Shown: positions 57,859-60,713 of the stretch, in pieces | Position numbering within the stretch: the stretch's first letter is position 1 | Layout: every line of letters starts with the position of its first letter | Source of the DNA: a candidate division WOR-3 bacterium | Lineage (GTDB): Bacteria > Hydrothermota > 32-111 | Direction: 5' to 3' | Length of the DNA: 60,713 bases | Assembly (NCBI GenBank): GCA_030592285.1 | Contig: JAUVJU010000001.1 | Location: forward strand, 1 to 60,713 | Notes under the pieces: model-generated | Seen by the model: only the letters and a program-made list of their open reading frames with translations | Database searches by the model: none | Told to the model about the DNA's origin: nothing | Made by a program: the position numbers and the translations under genes

Positions 57859-58056
57859 TCTGCTCTTGACACGAACAATCTCCTTATCTGCATTCATTCT
57901 CATCTTGTTCTTACTCTTTCTTTCTCCTCCAGCATACTCAGCGTACCAGTCACCAGTGAACTCCTCCATCTTTTTTCTACTCTTTCTAATCACCCTATTC
58001 ACTTTCTATCACCACTTCTCCGGAGGGGACACCCAACATAATTTGTTTATAACCTG

Positions 58057-59505
58057 TTACTTCATTAACAGCATCTTCTTTGTGCTTATAAAGTCATCTA
58101 TCTCTAAACAGTAGAAGTAGATTCCATTGCTAATGCTACCCCCTGAATCATCCCTTCCTTTCCAAATGACGGTATGAGTTCCAGCACACTTCTTTCCCTT
58201 TACTAGTGTTCGCACAAGCTGACCTGAGATATTATATATAGCAAGTTGCACAAAATAATTTTTTGGAAGAACATATTGTATAGAAGTAGTAGAATTAAAC
58301 GGATTAGGTGCATTCTGCTGTAAAATGAGATCTGTTATCACCGGTCCATTATTCTTATTTTCTTCTACACCGGATTGCGAAATGAACATTCCATAAACAT
58401 CACCATTAGTAAAATTAGAATCTAGCCTGGAACCGACAACCAAAAAATAGTCACCCAAGAATGCATGTCCCCCGATGGGCACTTTATCATTTAGTGAATT
58501 AAAAATTACAAATGGTTCACCCAATGGAATACCCGATGGAGTCCAGAACCTTCCCATAAGTGTTGAATTGGAAAATTGTGTCCAGGTTATCAAATAATTA
58601 TTATTGTCGAAACTAACACTAGGACAGAATGGCTGCATTGTAGAATCACAGATAGTTATTGTCTCTTCAATTGTTCCCGATGTAGTAATAAAGCGTCCCA
58701 ATATACTAGTTTGGGAATCATTGGACTCGGGATAACAGAGCAAATATCTTGAATTTGTGCTATCAAAAGCAAGTCCTGCCGGATTGTCGCTGAAATATGG
58801 TCCCCCATCAATTAAAAAGTTACTGCCAACTAATGAACCTGTATTACTAACAAACTGTCCGTAAATATCTTTATCTCTTTCAGTAATCCGTTTAACCCAT
58901 ACCACCAGATAGTTTGTGCCGTCATATGCAAGGGAAATTTCGCGGGCATAATTACTGCTGATCTGTATTTGACCACCTAAAAGATCTCCACTCTTGTTCA
59001 TCCGCTGTCCGTAAAGATAACCATCGACTTTAACAAAAACCACCAAATAAGTGGTATCGACAAAACACAGATTATATAGTCCTGGACTCTCTATAGAGGC
59101 ATTTGTACCAATGGTAAAATATGTCCCTACTAAGTTGCCTAAGGTGCTGATGAATTGTCCATTAATATCGCCATTGGATTCTCTCCAAATCAGAAAATAG
59201 TTTGTTTCATCAAATGCAACTATAGGTCCTGGGAAAGTTCCCTGCCTTCCAACAGAGATTCTGTTCCCAATCAAGCTATCCGGGTAACCGATTAATTGTG
59301 CAGTAATATTGTATTGACTAAGTGTATCTCCTAATATAACTACTATACCATTTTCCCCGCCAAAGACCGCACCCGCACTAAATGTACTGTCTGGTCCATC
59401 GGCAATCGGGAATTCTACAGATTTTGTGTTTGTCTGGGCTTTGATAGTTGTTACTGTCAAACTGAAAATAATCATTATTGTCAGAATAAAAAATACTTTT
59501 TTCAT
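58057..59505 (-). CDS. secreted repeat (propeller-like, about 7 units) protein with a T9SS C-terminal sorting domain
   Basis: Signal peptide. Repeating units of the form (A/S)FD.TNYL+VW....DIYGQ.+...G.L+G..F.I. Canonical tail: PNPFNSTTSIQYVL...LAIYNISGQLVRTLV...WKGRDDSGGSISNGIYFYCLEI...KKMLLMK. Confidence 0.75.
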   Translation of the reverse strand: MKKVFFILTIMIIFSLTVTTIKAQTNTKSVEFPIADGPDSTFSAGAVFGGENGIVVILGDTLSQYNITAQLIGYPDSLIGNRISVGRQGTFPGPIVAFDETNYFLIWRESNGDINGQFISTLGNLVGTYFTIGTNASIESPGLYNLCFVDTTYLVVFVKVDGYLYGQRMNKSGDLLGGQIQISSNYAREISLAYDGTNYLVVWVKRITERDKDIYGQFVSNTGSLVGSNFLIDGGPYFSDNPAGLAFDSTNSRYLLCYPESNDSQTSILGRFITTSGTIEETITICDSTMQPFCPSVSFDNNNYLITWTQFSNSTLMGRFWTPSGIPLGEPFVIFNSLNDKVPIGGHAFLGDYFLVVGSRLDSNFTNGDVYGMFISQSGVEENKNNGPVITDLILQQNAPNPFNSTTSIQYVLPKNYFVQLAIYNISGQLVRTLVKGKKCAGTHTVIWKGRDDSGGSISNGIYFYCLEIDDFISTKKMLLMK

Positions 59506-59567
59506 TTTTCATCCTCCTTTTATAATTTGATTATTCTTTACCTAAATATAACGATTCTTATATTTAA

Positions 59568-59596
59568 ATTTTAGCATTTTCTTAGAAATTCGTCAA
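59568..59596 (-). promoter_or_regulatory. candidate promoter for 58057..59505 (TTGACG-17-TAAAAT)
   Basis: The minus strand reads TTGACG (59596-59591), a 17-nt spacer, then TAAAAT (59573-59568). AAAGGAGG precedes the ATG. Confidence 0.4.
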
Positions 59597-59829
59597 GTCT
59601 AATTTGAAAAATAACAAAAAATATCAAACACAAATTGCTATAGATGCATTTTTCTAAGAAATATATCAACATTGAATGAAATCCTATCTTTTTTCCGATT
59701 TTTTTTTACCCCATCCCATTAAGAATTTAATTTAATTGCATATTTGCATTTCACCTCACCTCGGCGAGTCCACGACACTGCGAACTTTAAATCCCTATTA
59801 CAGGAGCGAATTCACAATAACAGAATGGA

Positions 59830-59855
59830 GGGCAGACACATCGGTCTGCCCCTAC
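59830..59855 (-). repeat. REP-like element: GTAG + GGGCAGAC-loop-GTCTGCCC hairpin (minus-strand reading)
   Basis: The minus strand reads GTAG GGGCAGAC CGATGT GTCTGCCC. Architecture matches 14098-14123, with four stem positions changed on both arms. Confidence 0.7.
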
Positions 59856-59886
59856 AATATTCATCGTAATGATGCGGAAAAAGTAA

Positions 59887-60195
59887 TCAAGATTGAATTG
59901 TAGATTTTGCTGAACAAACTGGGATTTTTTCAATAATTTCATTTATTTTTTTTCTACATTCCTCTAAATCATAATCTATCTGTAAACCCATCCAAAATTT
60001 TGCTGAATTTCCAAAGTATTTGGATAATCTTAATGCTGTATCTGCTGTAATTGCTCTTTTACCTCGTACAATTTCCGATATTTTTGTTTGTGATACATTT
60101 ATTTCCTTTGCTAATCTGTAATTGCTAATATTGCTTGGCTTCAAAAATTCTTCAAGTAATACTTCGCCGGGATGAATATTTGGTAATTTATTCAT
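59887..60195 (-). CDS. higA: HigA-type antitoxin (XRE-family HTH)
   Basis: IHPGEVLLEEFL...LAKEINVSQTKISEIVRGKRAITADTALRLSKYFGNSAKFWMGLQ. AAAGGAG upstream. Confidence 0.88.
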   Translation of the reverse strand: MNKLPNIHPGEVLLEEFLKPSNISNYRLAKEINVSQTKISEIVRGKRAITADTALRLSKYFGNSAKFWMGLQIDYDLEECRKKINEIIEKIPVCSAKSTIQS

Positions 60196-60206
60196 AATTA
60201 CTCCTT

Positions 60207-60488
60207 TTAATGGTAATCAGTAATACAAACATTATATGCATTACTGCTTTTCTATTTAAAACAAATTCTCCATTTATTGTTTATTCTTATACTGTGATAC
60301 TTTTTTCTTTTTCCTTTTAATTGTTCCAATTTATTTCCGGGTGGAACATTTAAATCATTAATATTCTGGGAATTGCTTATCATTCTTAATTTTCTTCTTG
60401 CAATTTTCTGTATATGCACATCAAAGCCTTTTACTGTTTCACCATTATATATTTTCTCTGTTTTATTATTGCCAAATGTTTTTATCAC
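60207..60488 (-). pseudogene. higB: HigB-type toxin gene interrupted by an in-frame TAG (60252-60254), 14 codons before the conserved ...DYH end
   Basis: The ORF 60252..60488 ends ...HSIRINNKWRICFK-TAG. The same frame continues KSSNAYNVCITDYH-TAA (stop 60207-60209), matching the usual ...W.I.FR(W/F)..G.AY.V.I.DYH terminus. Confidence 0.7.
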
Positions 60489-60494
60489 AACATA

Positions 60495-60523
60495 ATACTA
60501 TCATGACTCATTACTATTGTCAA
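60495..60523 (-). promoter_or_regulatory. candidate higBA promoter (TTGACA-17-TAGTAT)
   Basis: The minus strand reads TTGACA (60523-60518), a 17-nt spacer containing the palindromic TCATGACTCA, then TAGTAT (60500-60495). The GTG start lies only 6 nt downstream, which suggests a possibly leaderless transcript. Confidence 0.45.
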
Positions 60524-60625
60524 GGGGGAGCATTCAGGTGACATTTTTTAATGGTAACTACACCCCTCTTCTTCCTGCTTGAATTTTCACCCAAATATGC
60601 TATTATGACAAAAAAGGAGATACTA

Positions 60626-60713
60626 ATGAAAAAACTATTTATTCTGATAATCGTATTAATTATGCTGCTCTTAGTGGGATGTGGCAATAATAAGGACGAA
60701 AGTGGAATTACAA
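60626..60713 (+). CDS. lipoprotein, N-terminal fragment (runs off the window end)
   Basis: AAGGAGA then ATG. MKKLFILIIVLIMLLLVGCGNNK contains the lipobox LVGC. Confidence 0.6.
   Translation, partial: MKKLFILIIVLIMLLLVGCGNNKDESGIT

Noticed and set aside
57706-58056. Island 5 considered as a housekeeping ncRNA (RNase P RNA, SRP/4.5S RNA, tmRNA or 6S RNA).
   Set aside because: None of the hallmark motifs is present (GAGGAAAGUCC, the GGAA/AGCA symmetric loop of SRP, or a tRNA-like tmRNA end). The sense strand is uniformly purine-rich, so it cannot form the extended helices these RNAs need.
60252-60254. The TAG in higB considered as evidence of stop-codon reassignment or pyrrolysine.
   Set aside because: TAG terminates well-supported genes in this window (aldehyde dehydrogenase at 23921-23923, and the HhH-barrel protein at 28727-28729). 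TAA and TGA are also used as stops, and no pyl genes are seen.

Overview
Visibly AT-rich bacterial chromosomal segment. About 50 of roughly 55 genes are on the minus strand. T9SS-type C-terminal sorting tails, an lpt/rpoN block and methylmalonyl-CoA genes suggest an anaerobic FCB-superphylum organism, possibly Cloacimonadota-like (inference only). Housekeeping blocks: pyrG-rpsA-ispH-plsC-cmk-glnA; tRNA-Ala; rpiB-ptb-epimerase-mcm; lpdA; rng / radical-SAM / purC / nrdR; an aldehyde dehydrogenase; lpxL-lptC-lptA-lptB-rpoN; DUF362 / UDG-like / queH; DUF58 plus a Bat-like membrane protein; a c-di-GMP/two-component module (GGDEF, REC + degenerate HD-GYP, 1337-aa PAS/GAF kinase); trkA-trkH; tRNA-Leu-tig-clpP-clpX-lon; higBA. 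Points worth a second look: (1) A tightly packed 7-gene envelope cluster (25434-34020) is translationally coupled to rpoN. It combines a nuclease-less ExeM/NucH-type OB-fold surface protein, a ComEA-type tandem HhH fused to a large barrel-like region, two further beta-barrels, two Nuc-like single-HKD PLD paralogues and a degenerate metallophosphatase. I read it as a candidate extracellular-DNA capture/processing system and do not recognise it as a described one. (2) A RAYT-like HUH Y1 transposase is bracketed by perfect 27-bp inverted repeats. (3) GC-rich REP-like hairpins, some with the GTAG signature, occur in three intergenic regions. (4) A modular mosaic repeat family occupies three intergenic islands, and its hairpin modules differ between copies by compensatory substitutions. 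(5) A perfect 18-bp-stem hairpin is built from GATTCGC heptads. (6) higB carries an in-frame TAG that removes the conserved C-terminal DYH. (7) A surface-protein ORF lacks a signal peptide and has a truncated sorting tail. All functional assignments come from motif recognition by eye; no searches were run.
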